64,000 nucleotides of DNA. It comes from Eledone cirrhosa. Its lineage: Eukaryota. Below the pieces are notes generated by a model. The model saw only the letters and a list, made by a program, of their open reading frames with translations. It was not told the origin of the DNA and searched no databases. Within the stretch, counting starts at the first letter, position 1; each line of letters begins with the position of its first letter. This document shows, piece by piece, positions 1 through 13,278 of the stretch. The DNA lies in NCBI GenBank assembly GCA_964016885.1, contig OZ024746.1, positions 39,060,001 to 39,124,000 of the forward strand, given 5' to 3'. Position numbers and translations under genes: made by a program.

Positions 1-673
1 TACACACATACAAACACACATACATACACACACATACATATATTCATACATACATACAAACATACATACATCTCCCGGTGATTTTGGATGGCCATTGACT
101 CTTAAGAGCTCCTTTGCCCTTTGACAGGTTTTGTTTTTAGTCCTGCAGGATGTCCAAAGTCACCCTCCTCACCAAGAAACCTTGGTGGGGTTGCCAGTTT
201 AGTCGCCAATGACCCGACCATGGGACAGGTTGTTCATACATACATACACACATACATACATACATACATACATACATACATACATACATACATACATACA
301 TACATACATACATACATACATACATGCACAGACACTTTCCCGTCACACGTAAGACATACTCACACACAAATATTTGTTCGCCATCTTGTCACCTTGGGTG
401 AATTACGAAAGAGTCTTTATCAGAAATAAAGTATTTAGGTCGGAGGCCTGTCATAAGTGGCGTCGTATCTCCATGTTGCAGAATAACACATCAGCCTTGT
501 TCCGGTTTAATATCAACACATAAGTAAACAAACAGATTAAAATGATTTGGAGAAATATATAGAAGTCCCGTGAGAAATATTTCAAGTACACAGTTTCTGC
601 TTTTGTAATTGTATGATTTTGTTGTTGTTGTTGTTTTGCTAATATATATATGTCCGTGTGTGCGTGTGTGTGG

Positions 674-704
<31 letters not shown>

Positions 705-916
705 CGAAATGTAAACAGAAATAACAAAGCAGATAACACAGTACAATAAAGAAATATATTCTTGTAACGCTTGATATACTAGGAAAAGAGTATTTACGTT
801 TCGGGCACAAGTCTTTCATCAGAAAATAGAATGAGAAATAAAAGTTGAAATAGAAAGATAGAGAGTGGGATGTGGGAGATAAAGCACGCGATCGTTCAGT
901 CACCATGACGGCTGTT

Positions 917-1251
917 TCTTCTTCTTCTTCTTCTTCTTCTTCTTCTTCTTCTTCTTCTTCTTCTTCTTCTTCTTTCTTCTTCTTCTTCTTCTCAAACACT
1001 CCTTCCAGCGGGTCCTGTCAGAAGCAACCATCTCCAACTGGATCCCCAAGCGAGACCAGCCATCTTGCTCAGGGTCTCCTGGCGGTTGGTTTTGTCCGTA
1101 AAATCTGTCCAGCGATTCTTTCCTGAGACATTCTAACCACATGTCTGTAATAACGGAGCTGTGATCTCTCTGTTCGGAGAAGTAACGGCTCTACCAGGAG
1201 TGCCCTCTGATCTCCGAGCTATGCACTCTATCGAGTAACGTTATTCCATCC
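917..1251 (-). mobile_element. RTE-clade LINE 3' fragment with (GAA)n tail (copy B 28798-29076)
   Basis: Translates LLDRVHSSEIR..EPLLLRTERSQLRYYRHVVRM. Confidence 0.7.
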
Positions 1252-1267
1252 TTAATGATATATATTT

Positions 1268-2234
1268 ACTAGCAGTGGTACCCGGCGTTGCACGGGATAA
1301 GGCATTTTGGAACGCGGGCCGCCAACAGACCTAATCGTGGAAAAACTGCATGCCTGGACAATATGTAAAGAAAATAAACCGAATACTCTGATGGCTGGAT
1401 AATCTTTAAGAAAATGCAGGTTTTCACCTAATGCAGGCCCTAGAGGATCAAGAAAATGATTTTTTTTTATGTGCATAATATGCCTTGAAATTTCGGAAAA
1501 ATCGGCTAGGCGTAACGCCTCAAAAAGCCCTAAAAATCTGAGAAAATAAAGTTTTTCACCTAATGTGGGCCCTAGGCCATAAAAAAGTCGGATTTTCTTT
1601 GCTCATGGTATGAAGAAGAGACTGACTAATACATAGTTACAATTTCAAGGAAATCGGTCTGACGTAACGTCTCAAAAAACTCCTAAAAACCTGAAAAAAC
1701 GCAGTTTTTCAACTAATGCGGGCCCTAGGGGATCAAGAAGTTCAATTTTTTTATGTGCATAGCACTCCCTGAAACATAAGTTTGTAAAGTTTGAAAAAAG
1801 TCGGTTGGGTACTTCTCGAGTTTTAGGGATTCAAACTCACAGACACACACACAGACAGACATCCTCAGGGAAGTGACGTAATGCTGACAGTCAGACATAC
1901 AGACAGATATTATAAGGGCGCATTCTGGACGCAGAGCGAATTGTGGGAAGTGACCTAATGCAGACAGCCAGACATACAGACAGATATTATAAGGGCGCGA
2001 CGTTATATGTATCTATCTAAAAAGAGAAAGAGTAAGAATTATAGAGAGAGAGAGATCGCTAAATCGCCTATTGCGGTCCCTAGGACATTGAAAATTTAAA
2101 ATGTTTTGCTCAGAACACTCCCTGAAACATAAGTATTACATGTATAAAGTTTGAAAACAGCCGGTTGGGTGCTTCTCGTGTTTTAGGGATTCAAAATCAC
2201 ACACACAGGCATCCTCAGTTTTATATATATAGAT
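1268..2234 (+). mobile_element. Non-autonomous Helitron/Helentron-like element with internal ~125-140 bp repeats and CAGA tract (copy B 29093-29719)
   Basis: 5' ACTAG..ACCCGGCGTTGCACGGG hairpin and 3' CAGACAGAC..TTTATATATATAGAT, as in Lep1/HINE-type elements. Confidence 0.6.
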
Positions 2235-2319
2235 ATATACTAGATATGTAACGAAGGTAGCTATTGTAGTCAAGCCTCATATCAGTTCTGACCAGACATC
2301 CTATCATCAAACGCATTCT

Positions 2320-2598
2320 CATCATCATCATTCGTCGACTACTGTCGAGATGATGGATCTCACTCTCATGCCCCAGAATTCCCTGTCCCCCATCGCTGCC
2401 CCCAGGTCCTGTCTACTGATTCCCGTATCCCTAGAGATAACGTCAGAGAATGACAGCCTCCTACTCCTAGTCAGGCTGGAGTCAGGGTTCCAGAGCAAGA
2501 GAGCGGATATGATTTCATTGCTGGCACGGTGACAGTGGCCAGCAAATTGAGCTCTCCGGGATTTTAGAAGGGCAGAGGCTCGAGGGAGTTTGCCATAG
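2320..2598 (-). mobile_element. RTE-like LINE 3' fragment, copy A only, ATTCT target duplication, (TGA)n tail
   Basis: AGHCHRASNEIISALLLWNP..DVISRDTG..MGDREFW; empty site in B at ~29800. Confidence 0.75.
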
Positions 2599-5037
2599 AT
2601 TCTAGTAGCGGCTGTTACATATTTTATTCAGATAGAGATAATTATTGGCTTGATGCTTCAATGTGTTAAAATAGAATAACAATCTTGCAACAGTCTCTAA
2701 ATTAGCCAGGTGTTGCTGGCTTGTTGTTTAACTTTCTACAGCTGTAATATATACTGGAGTTCCGACTTCTTTGTGACATACGTGATATGGTTTTAATGCA
2801 ATTTATTTAAGTTCTTCACAGAATTCAAGTCGATTACTTACAAAGAGGCAAGACTGGAGTTCCGATTTCTTTGTAGCATGCGTTATATGGTTTTTCTTTG
2901 CGATTTCTTTAAGTCGTTCACCGAATTCAAACCGGATATTTACAAAGGGGCAAGCCATTTTTGCTTGAGTCAAGACTACTTCAGGGATTCGGAGATATGT
3001 GTTTGTCTGCACATATTCTTGAATTCATATACTGGGTATATATTTCTCTTTAGTGCACGCGTATATGTTTGATTATTTGTTATGCATATGTTTTTGTGTG
3101 TGTGTGTGTGTATGTGTGTGTGTGTGCATTCTATATGCGCGGGTGTGAACATGAGCCTACGCAAATCCAAGGTTTGGCCGCCCTTATAATAAATATAAGT
3201 AGGATACGAAAAGCTAACAAATACTAAATATACAAAATAACGAATCACGTTTCACTTCTGTTATTGGAGCGTTAGACCTGTTCTGGGTTCTGTTTCATCT
3301 AATTGCCGACAACATAAGAACAGTGCTTGTAACTAGAGAATTACAACAGCTAAACATACCGTATTCTTCCGTGTATTGCGCACCAGAAAAATGACTAAAT
3401 ATTAATGCAAATCCTAGTCAGTCATTTACAAAGTGACCATGGGTAGTTTTAGAAATTGGTGCACTACAAAAGTAAAGCTACGTGTCATTGCTTATGTAGG
3501 AGTACATGGCAACCGAACTGCTAGCAGAGGGTTCAGGTAAAGACTGGCATAGACTAAAACAACCGTCTGTAGAAGTTACCCAAACAAAAGAGAGCAGAAC
3601 GTGGGAGATCAGCTAAATTCCCTGAACTTGAACAGAATGTTGTGCTTCAAAAATATAAAATGTATTTGATGTAATGCTCAGATATGTTATTATTGTTATT
3701 TTTTTATTCTATTATTAACTTCGCAATAAAATACATCAGTCTGTCTATTATTTCTTTAATCTTTAATCGATTATTAGGTCAGGGCTGAGGACATGTTTTA
3801 GCATTCTCACAAAAATTCGACACTTCATCGCACACCCAGATACACATGTGATGGCAGAATATTTACCAATCAAAGACATAAAAACATAAAATACACGCAT
3901 GGCTTTGTATAACCTGTGGAATACACAGAAATATCAGACATAGATGAAACAACACATATACAGTATCAGTAAAATGTTATTCAAATATTTTATTACATAA
4001 TATTGTATAAGAAAAGATACGATAAAGTCATAAGGTACTCGGTGTTGGTTGATTCTTGATTGCTGTGTTCTGCTGGCTGTTTTATTGGAATTAGTTATGG
4101 TGTATACTTCGCACCCTCAAAACAAAAACAGAAAAAGGGAACATCTCTGGGGTATACAGGGGAGAATACGGTAGAATAAATGCGGCGAATTAACAGTGTC
4201 TCTAGGGCATTGGATTAAAAATGTCTCGGTATTTATTTCGGCTCTTGGCGCAGAGTTCAAATTCCGCTATAGTTAACTTTTCCTTACACTCTTTCCAGAT
4301 CGATAAATAAACTATCAGTCCAGTGTTGGGGGTTAGTACTTTCCCCACTTTCTCTCTCTCTCTCTCTCTCTCTGAGAGTTAGGTGTTAAATTGAAGGGCG
4401 CTTTATTTTCTGACGTAAAACTCTCTGATGGCAAAGCAAGTTCCACTATTTCTTATTCACCCGTTTTGTTGAAGCAAAATAATGTGGAACCGAAAGATAA
4501 TTCGATTAGTTTATCCTCAAATGAAAGACGTTTCAAAGAGTGTTGCTATGACTATATTCTACGTTTGAAAGATAAAAGTAAAGGGCCTTTAACTCACAAT
4601 AAAGTCATAGGGGCACCGCCCTGACACATGGGCTTTTTAAATCTGGTAGAACCTATCTAGATCTAAACATATTGATGTCATAGTACGCTGAGAAGATTAT
4701 ATTCACGGTGTTAGTATGTATATGTGTTACGTAGTACTGAACATGACACTAAATACAAATTGGAACGTAGTTAACGACCCATGTAACCCATGCAAGCCTG
4801 GAAAAATAAGATGTTAAACGGTGATGATGATGATATTAATTCTGCTCAATCAAGGTTTTCCTTGGACTAAACAACAATAGCAAGAACAACATACCAAAAA
4901 ACACATGGAACAAAATGCTGCTCTTAAACTACATTTATTATTTTAATAGATTTTAAGATGGCTTGAGGGTAAAATGTAAAAAATTCTATTGTTTGAAAAC
5001 ATTATGAGTGGCGAACGATTACATTGTATAAACACAT

Positions 5038-5102
5038 TTAACTTGGTTTTTCGGTTACCGGGCGTTTGGTGGTAACGGGAATTTCTTTCACAATATTCAA
5101 AT
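5038..5102 (-). CDS. Ig-domain gene copy A, probable terminal exon (DLNIVKEIPVTTKRPVTEKPS*)
   Basis: ctttatttcag acceptor, phase-1 compatible, only a synonymous change in copy B, AATAAA ~100 nt past the stop (4934-4939). Confidence 0.6.
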
Positions 5103-5852
5103 CTGAAATAAAGCAGTAAAATTGGAATGAATGTATATATATATATATATATATATATTAATAAAAGGAATTCCAACTTTGTCTGATTTACTCGTTTTAT
5201 TTACAATCCTTTAAAATTTATAATGGTATTAGAATGAAATAGTATGGTAGAATATTAAATGTTAAGTGTTAATTGAACAAGTAGTTTCATGCTTTCGTAA
5301 TCTTCAGGTTCATAATGTGTGGTGACAGTCAAGTTTGCAATTTTCAACTGTAATGAGATGGGTAAATTTTGTGCCTTATATACAGTGAAAAGTGGCTCCA
5401 GAATGCTAAATCTTGCAAACTGTATTTCGACCAATCGGTGTGTAGTTTCACTGGATTACTAAAGCTGATTGGTTTAGGCGTCACGGTTGGTTGAGCATGT
5501 CTAACGACTACTAATTGACCCTATCAAAAGCATCAATTGTTTTGGTATTTTAGAAATGATGAAAATAGCATTTTCTAGTAATTAGAGCAAACATCACGAG
5601 CGCTCTATCTCAAAATTATTTTTGAAAAGCATTAGAAATGCGCAACCGGTAAAATCTTAAAACTAAAACTGAATACTAACCAATACTTATTACTAATTTA
5701 TACTTTTTCCCAAATAAACTATTTTTCAACTTATCGTTTTCGGTATGCCTGACCGATTTTACTCACTCAATATGCAAATTAGGCTGCTCAGCCGTTAATT
5801 TTCATAAGGAAAGTATATACTTTCGAACGTTCAACTATCTGGCAGATGGGTA

Positions 5853-5897
5853 AACGGTGCTGATGATAGCTAACAAGCTTGAAACTAGTACATCGTT
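5853..5897 (+). ncRNA. Minimal type I hammerhead ribozyme
   Basis: aacggtg-CTGATGA-t-agct-aaca-agct-t-GAAA-ctag-TA-catcgtt: 7-bp stem I, 4-bp stem II, palindromic CUAG stem III, GUA site. Confidence 0.85.
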
Positions 5898-6332
5898 CCT
5901 GTGTCAGTGTTGAACAAAAAGGTGACGTGGTTGCCTTAACACCGTATGGCATAAATGCAGGCTGTTCAGTTTGTTGACAAACGAACAAAGCGGCGTTATA
6001 ATAAGCGTCCGCTAAACTGATGCGTGCATATATGTATGTGTACCTGTATGTATATATGTATGTGTATGTATGTATATATATATATGTATATATGTGCATG
6101 CTACTGTACGTCTGTATACGTGTATGTATGTGCGTATACATACATACTTACATTTAAGTAAGTGCCATACTAAGAGTGATAAATGAAATTTCGTTTTCAT
6201 TTTTTTCAACTTATCGTTTTCGGTATGCCTGACCGATTTAACTCACTCAATATGCAGATTGGGCTGCTCAGCCGTTAATTTTCATAAGGAAAGTATATGC
6301 TTTCGAACGTTCAACTATTTGGCAGATGGGTA

Positions 6333-6377
6333 AACGGTGCTGATGATAGCTAACAAGCTTGAAACTAGTACATCGTT
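6333..6377 (+). ncRNA. Minimal type I hammerhead ribozyme (second monomer)
   Basis: Identical to 5853-5897. Confidence 0.85.
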
Positions 6378-6545
6378 CCTGTGTCAGTGTTGAACAAAAA
6401 GGTGACGTAGTTGCCTTAACACCGTATGGCATAAATGCAGGCTGTTCAGTTTGTTGACAAACGAACAAAGCGGCGTTATAATAAGCGTCCGCTAAACTGA
6501 TGCGTGCATATATGTATGTGTACCTGTATGTATGTGTGTATATGT

Positions 6546-6581
<36 letters not shown>

Positions 6582-6691
6582 ATGCTGCTGTACGTCTGTA
6601 TACATATATGTATGTGCGTATACATACATACATTTAAGTAAGTGCCATAATAAGAGTGAGAAATGAAATTTCGTTTTCATTTTTTTCAACT

Positions 6692-6722
<31 letters not shown>

Positions 6723-6955
6723 ACATTGAGCTAATTCTGAAACTACTTGGCAATAATATACTATCATATATAATTCTCTACATGCATCTGACCTTTGCAT
6801 CTCTCTCCCTCTCTCCGTATATATATATAAATATATATATATACACATACACAATTTACGAATATCTCTGATGTTATTTCAGCGATCTCCAGCCATAACA
6901 ATAAGCTTGCAGTTGTGAAACTACGTCTCGAGTTCAGAGTACACACACATAATAT

Positions 6956-7066
<111 letters not shown>

Positions 7067-7076
7067 CATTTATATT

Positions 7077-7109
<33 letters not shown>

Positions 7110-7110
7110 A

Positions 7111-7155
<45 letters not shown>

Positions 7156-7576
7156 GTATATGTATATATGTATATATATATATGTATATATATGTATATA
7201 TATATATGTATATATATATATATGTATATATATATATGTATTTATATATATGTATTTATATATATATGTATATATATGTATATATATATGTATATATATG
7301 TATATATATATGTATATATATATGTATATATATATGTATATATATATGTATATATATATGTATATATATATATATTTATATATGTATATATATATCTATT
7401 TATACACACATATATATATATATATATATATATTTATAATTATATATGTATATATATATATAGTAATAATAATTATATATGTATAATAATTATATATGTA
7501 TATATATATAGTAATAATAATAATAATAATAATAAATTTGAAGACTAAAATCCAAAGAGGGCTCGATGTATATATG

Positions 7577-7629
<53 letters not shown>

Positions 7630-7642
7630 GTATATATATATG

Positions 7643-7673
<31 letters not shown>

Positions 7674-7782
7674 GTATATATATATGTATATATATATATA
7701 TGTATATATATATATGTATATATATATATATGTATATATATATGTATATATATATGTATATATATATATGTATATATATATG

Positions 7783-7843
7783 TAAGTATGTATGTATACG
7801 TACATACATATATGTATACAGACGTACAGTAGCATGCATATAT

Positions 7844-7896
<53 letters not shown>

Positions 7897-8284
7897 CATA
7901 TACATATATACATACAGGTACACATACATATATGCACGCATCAGTTTAGCGGACGTTTATTACAACGCCGCTTTGTTCGTTTGTTTGTCAACAAACCGAA
8001 CAGCCTGAATTTATGCCACACGGTGTTAAGGCAACCACGTCACCTTTTTGTTCAACACTGACACAGGAACGATGTACTAGTTTCAAGCTTGTTAGCTATC
8101 ATCAGCACCGTTTACCCATCTGCCAGATAGTTGAACGTTCGAAAGTATATACTTTCCTTATGAAAATTAACGGCTGAGCAGCCTAATTTGCATATTGAGT
8201 GAGTTAAATCGGTCAGGCATACCGAAAACTGCTAAACTGATGCGTGCATATATGTATGTGTACCTGTATGTATATATGTATATG

Positions 8285-8339
<55 letters not shown>

Positions 8340-8462
8340 ATATATGCATGCTACTGTACGTCTGTATACATATATGTATGTACGTATACATACATACTTA
8401 CATTTAAGTAAGTGCCATACTAAGAGTGAGAAATGAAATTTCGTTTTCATTTTTTTCAACTT
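7783..8462. mobile_element. Inverted plus forward partial copies of the 480-bp retrozyme
   Basis: 7783-8229 is the reverse complement of the monomer; 8231-8462 is a forward partial copy. Confidence 0.8.
8068..8112 (-). ncRNA. Minimal type I hammerhead (inverted copy, sense to the Ig gene)
   Basis: Exact reverse complement of 5853-5897. Confidence 0.8.
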
Positions 8463-8506
8463 ATATATATATGTATATATATATATGTATATATATATGT
8501 ATATAT

Positions 8507-9021
8507 AGGTTTCTTGGTGAGGAGTGTGACTTTGGACATCCTGCAGGACTAAAAACAAAACCTGTCAAAGGGCAAAGGAGCTCTTAAGAGTCAATGGCCA
8601 TCCAAAATCACCGGGAGAGATGACCCCTTAGCCTTTGTCAAGGCAGAATTCTAGGTGAAGGAAAACTCTGATATAACACCTGCAACTCTGATGGTATCCA
8701 ATGATGTTGACTTGTTCTTCTTTTTGGTAAATATCATCTTGGTTAAGAGAGTGGGACTGGCTTTGTGCAGTGCCTTTGCTCACTATAAAAGCTTCACGGC
8801 ACAGGCATTGCTTTATATCTGAAGACCTCTCTGCACTTGTCATCACATGGTACCATGGGCCCAGCACTATGTGTCAATAATTGTCACAAGTGTAGTGTTT
8901 GTACCAGAGTTTTCAAGTCGCTGACTGGACTAAAAGGTCACACTTGTTTAGCGCATCGGTAGGGGTTCTCCTACATGGATATAAAGTAGTGGCCGTACTC
9001 GAAAACGAGTTGGCAGCCACC
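8507..9021 (+). mobile_element. RTE-derived element copy, copy A only
   Basis: Reverse complement of 26774-27287. Confidence 0.75.
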
Positions 9022-10046
<1,025 letters not shown>

Positions 10047-10047
<1 letters not shown>

Positions 10048-12385
10048 GAACTATATACAGAGATCCTGGATATGACTGCAGCCCAGATGGAAAGACAGAC
10101 CAACTCCATCTGGTTCGACATCTGTAAGAGAAGAAAACTCCCAAATAAAGTTAAGTTCAACTACACCACTAGAAATAGCAGACTGCCCACTTTCTACCAC
10201 CTCATCAAGACCCACAAGAATAGTACTAAGACACAAATAAGACCCATCGTCTCTAGCATAGAAGAGCCCCTATACAACATTTCCTGGCTCCTCTCCCAGG
10301 TCCTCAAGCCTCTACTCTCCACCTTTCCCGGACACGTCAGTAGCTCCGACGAAGTCATACGTAGACTACACCAACTCCAGCCAGAACAACTTAAACTAAA
10401 TAGATACGCCTTTAGCCTCGACGTTGTCTCCCTCTACACTACAGTCCCCGCTCATCCAGCTGTCGATTTATTGACGGACTGCGTGGTCGCAGAGGACATC
10501 CACTGCTACGGCCTCCTTCCGACGGACATACACCAGCTTTTGTCCTTCACAGTGGACAACACGTACTTCACCTTCCACCACCACACATACAGACAGACAA
10601 CAGGATTACACAAGGGATCCAGCCTATCGTGCCTGCTGGCCATCACCTATATGTACCAGCTAGAATGCCGAGCCCTCAACACCTGCCATTCCCATACCTT
10701 ATTCACCCGATATGTAGATGACATACTCATCCTTACATCATCCTGTGAGGAGGCGGATAAAATATACACAACATTCTCCAGCATGGACGCCAGTATAGAG
10801 TTCAGCATGGACCGCCGATCCCTATCCCTACTGGACTTCCAGCTCAGGGTAACAGAGGAAGGCAACATCCACATTTGCTTCTATAAAAAAGCCGCCAGCA
10901 GGGACCTGTTCGTACATTTCAGATCGGCCCTCCCAGCCAGCGCTAAGTTCGGATACATAAGGAACGAATTAACACGTATCCGGAACAAATGCACCGACGC
11001 TAGAGACCGAGACACACACACCACACATTTCCTGGAAGTACTCAAACTGAACGGATACACGACATCCACCACAAACCTTGCCAGAAAGAACAGAGGACAC
11101 CACACCCGAGGCACTAACACTTGCTTCCTGAAGCTCCCACACTTCAGTGACGAAACAACAGCCATCCGCAGAGCTATCAGACGAGAGGGACTAGATATCC
11201 AACTGGCCCACTCATGTCCTTCTCTACACGGACAGCTAACCACAAGACACTCCACGAGACATGACAACCGCTGCAGGCTAGCCAACTGCCTCATCAACGA
11301 CACAGACCTATGCCACCAGGCATAGGTCTGTGTCGTTGATCGGTTGTTTATTTGCGGTTGTAGGCGTTTGATAAAAAGCTCTTCCTTGATACGTAACGTG
11401 CCGACGTTTCTTTCAGTCGCTAGAATTGTGTCAATGGGCCTTCCGTCTTTGTTTCCGCATTTGTCTATGTGTATCCGGAAAAACGAGGCCCTGGTTTTAG
11501 TGTGTTCCTTGATCCGGATGTGCAAAGGTCGGATTGTGCTACCTAAGTAGTATTGGTTGCACCTGTCACATTCTAACTTATACACGACGTATGTGCGTAG
11601 GCAACAGTTCGCATGGCGTATCGGGCAGTCTCTGAGGGAGCATGGGTCAGTAGATTTCCCGGGTTTCCTGGAGAGGCATCTTCGCAGGGAGGGGCCCGAG
11701 TGGGCCAGGTGGATGTCGAGGCCCTTCCTCCGTATAGCCTTGCGGATAGCGTTGGTGGTATTCTCGCCCATAGACAAATGCAGAAACAAAGACGGAAGAC
11801 CCATTGTCACAATTCTAGCGACTGAAAGAAACGTCGGCACGTTACGTATCAAGGAAGCGCTTTTTATCAAACGCCTACAACCGCAAATAAACAACCGATC
11901 AGAGAGAAGCGAAATGAGATGGCTGGTTTAAGCTAACAAACGATGCAGCAACACACGCACACACCCACACACACACAAACGAGACAACTACACACACACA
12001 CGCACACACACACAGTAGCATTCCACCATACGAACATACTACACTGCCAATACAGAGGAACAAGGCAACAACACACGCACACACACACACTCAAGCGAGA
12101 CAACAACACATGCACACACACACACAGTAACATTTAACAAACAGGCAGAGAATGGACTGACAGCTAGCGCCACCCCACTCCCTCATTCGGCCGCTGACCT
12201 CTGCCCGACCGACCCCATTTCACGCGCACGCGCGCTCTGCCGAATACCTCAGATATTCTAAACAACAAACAGCGGAGGATGCGTTTCGCACCTGTCCGAC
12301 AGAAAACCTTTCCCCCACCCCGGAAAAACCCCCAGTTGATGGATGTGAATCCGAAATATATCTGAGTTTTTCATTCTCAGTGTAT
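10047..12385 (+). mobile_element. Penelope-like retroelement composite: RT (+, 10072-11325), inverted GIY-YIG segment (-, ~11341-11765), forward 3' end (~11770-12385)
   Basis: [35 protein letters not shown] motifs; [23 protein letters not shown] on the minus strand. Confidence 0.9.
10072..11325 (+). pseudogene. Penelope-type reverse transcriptase, 5'-truncated and cut before the endonuclease
   Basis: Non-microsatellite part of ORF 8899-11325 with YVDD. Confidence 0.85.
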
Positions 12386-12487
12386 ACTGATTAATGTCAC
12401 TCACTCAGATGGTGGATGGGTGCTACACGGGAATACTGAGGATGGTTCTGAACATTAATCAGTATATATATATATATATATATATAT

Positions 12488-12982
12488 GGAGGAACAAGAG
12501 GAGAAAAGAAGAAAGAATCCTTCGTGGGCTGTAAACCTCTCTCCAGCTCTCGTCTACGAGAGAGTCAATACGCTAAATACCGTCTTCTGGTTAGCGCACA
12601 CCACCAGGCTTAAGTCTATCAGGTTTGTTACAACTTAATTATCCTATTTTTCACGGTTACTTATTTGCTCGTTTCTTTGTCCTGTGTCTTCCCACGATGG
12701 GATCTGTTCACCTGTTTTTTTCTCCTTTTGTTCCCTTTTCTTCCGCTCTCCTCACCACCTTTCCCCCTTTGTTCTTCTTCCTCTTTCCCTCCCTTTTCTC
12801 TTCTTTTCCTCCTGGCCTTTTGATTAAGAAAAGGCCTGGGGTGCACCTGATCGCTGCAGATGTCCTGTAAATAAACGCCGAAACATCTGAATCGCGGGTT
12901 TACAGCTGACGAAGGATTCTTTCTTCTTTTCTCCTAACCACCACCCTAAACCTTGTTTTTAGAAACCACACATCTCCTTTCG

Positions 12983-12983
<1 letters not shown>
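12488..12983 (+). mobile_element. ~500-bp non-autonomous element in (TA)n with 39-bp inverted repeats (12499-12537 / 12897-12935)
   Basis: aggagaaaagaagaaagaatccttcgtgggctgtaaacc versus its near reverse complement; copy B at ~35133-35630. Confidence 0.6.
12857..12919 (+). ncRNA. Candidate non-circularly permuted hammerhead ribozyme
   Basis: cagatgTC|ctgtaaat ... ccGAAAcatctg ... gtttacagCTGACGAagg: stem III 7 bp and stem I 8 bp, with the strands in swapped order. Confidence 0.6.
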
Positions 12984-13030
<47 letters not shown>

Positions 13031-13072
13031 TCGTTTAACGTCTATCTTCCACGCTAGCATGACTTTAGACGG

Positions 13073-13127
<55 letters not shown>

Positions 13128-13240
13128 GTAATAGATACGACCACATCAGACAGCCAGTGTACAATTTGTTCAACATGTCATATACCTTGGGTGGGTTTTG
13201 ATGTTACCCCTCCAACGCTCAGCTGACATAATTATATATG

Positions 13241-13278
<38 letters not shown>

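Larger units (their letters stand above)
5722..6692 (+). mobile_element. Retrozyme-like tandem dimer, 480-bp monomer, each with a hammerhead
   Basis: Exact 480-bp period (5821=6301); absent from copy B at ~33040. Confidence 0.8.

Noticed and set aside
451-1142. Poly-E/K/S ORFs
   Set aside because: Translation of the (GAA)n tail of an RTE fragment.
3936-4115. Alternative hydrophobic (GPI-like) terminal exon for the Ig gene
   Set aside because: Weak GAG acceptor, a 5-nt frameshift between copies, and it lies beyond the better terminal exon and its AATAAA.
4391-4624. 77-aa ORF conserved in both copies
   Set aside because: Non-ATG start and no motifs; conservation is explained by the recent duplication.
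6868-6932. Hammerhead-like CTGATGT...GAAACTACGTC
   Set aside because: Core mismatch and no stem I; at most a relic.
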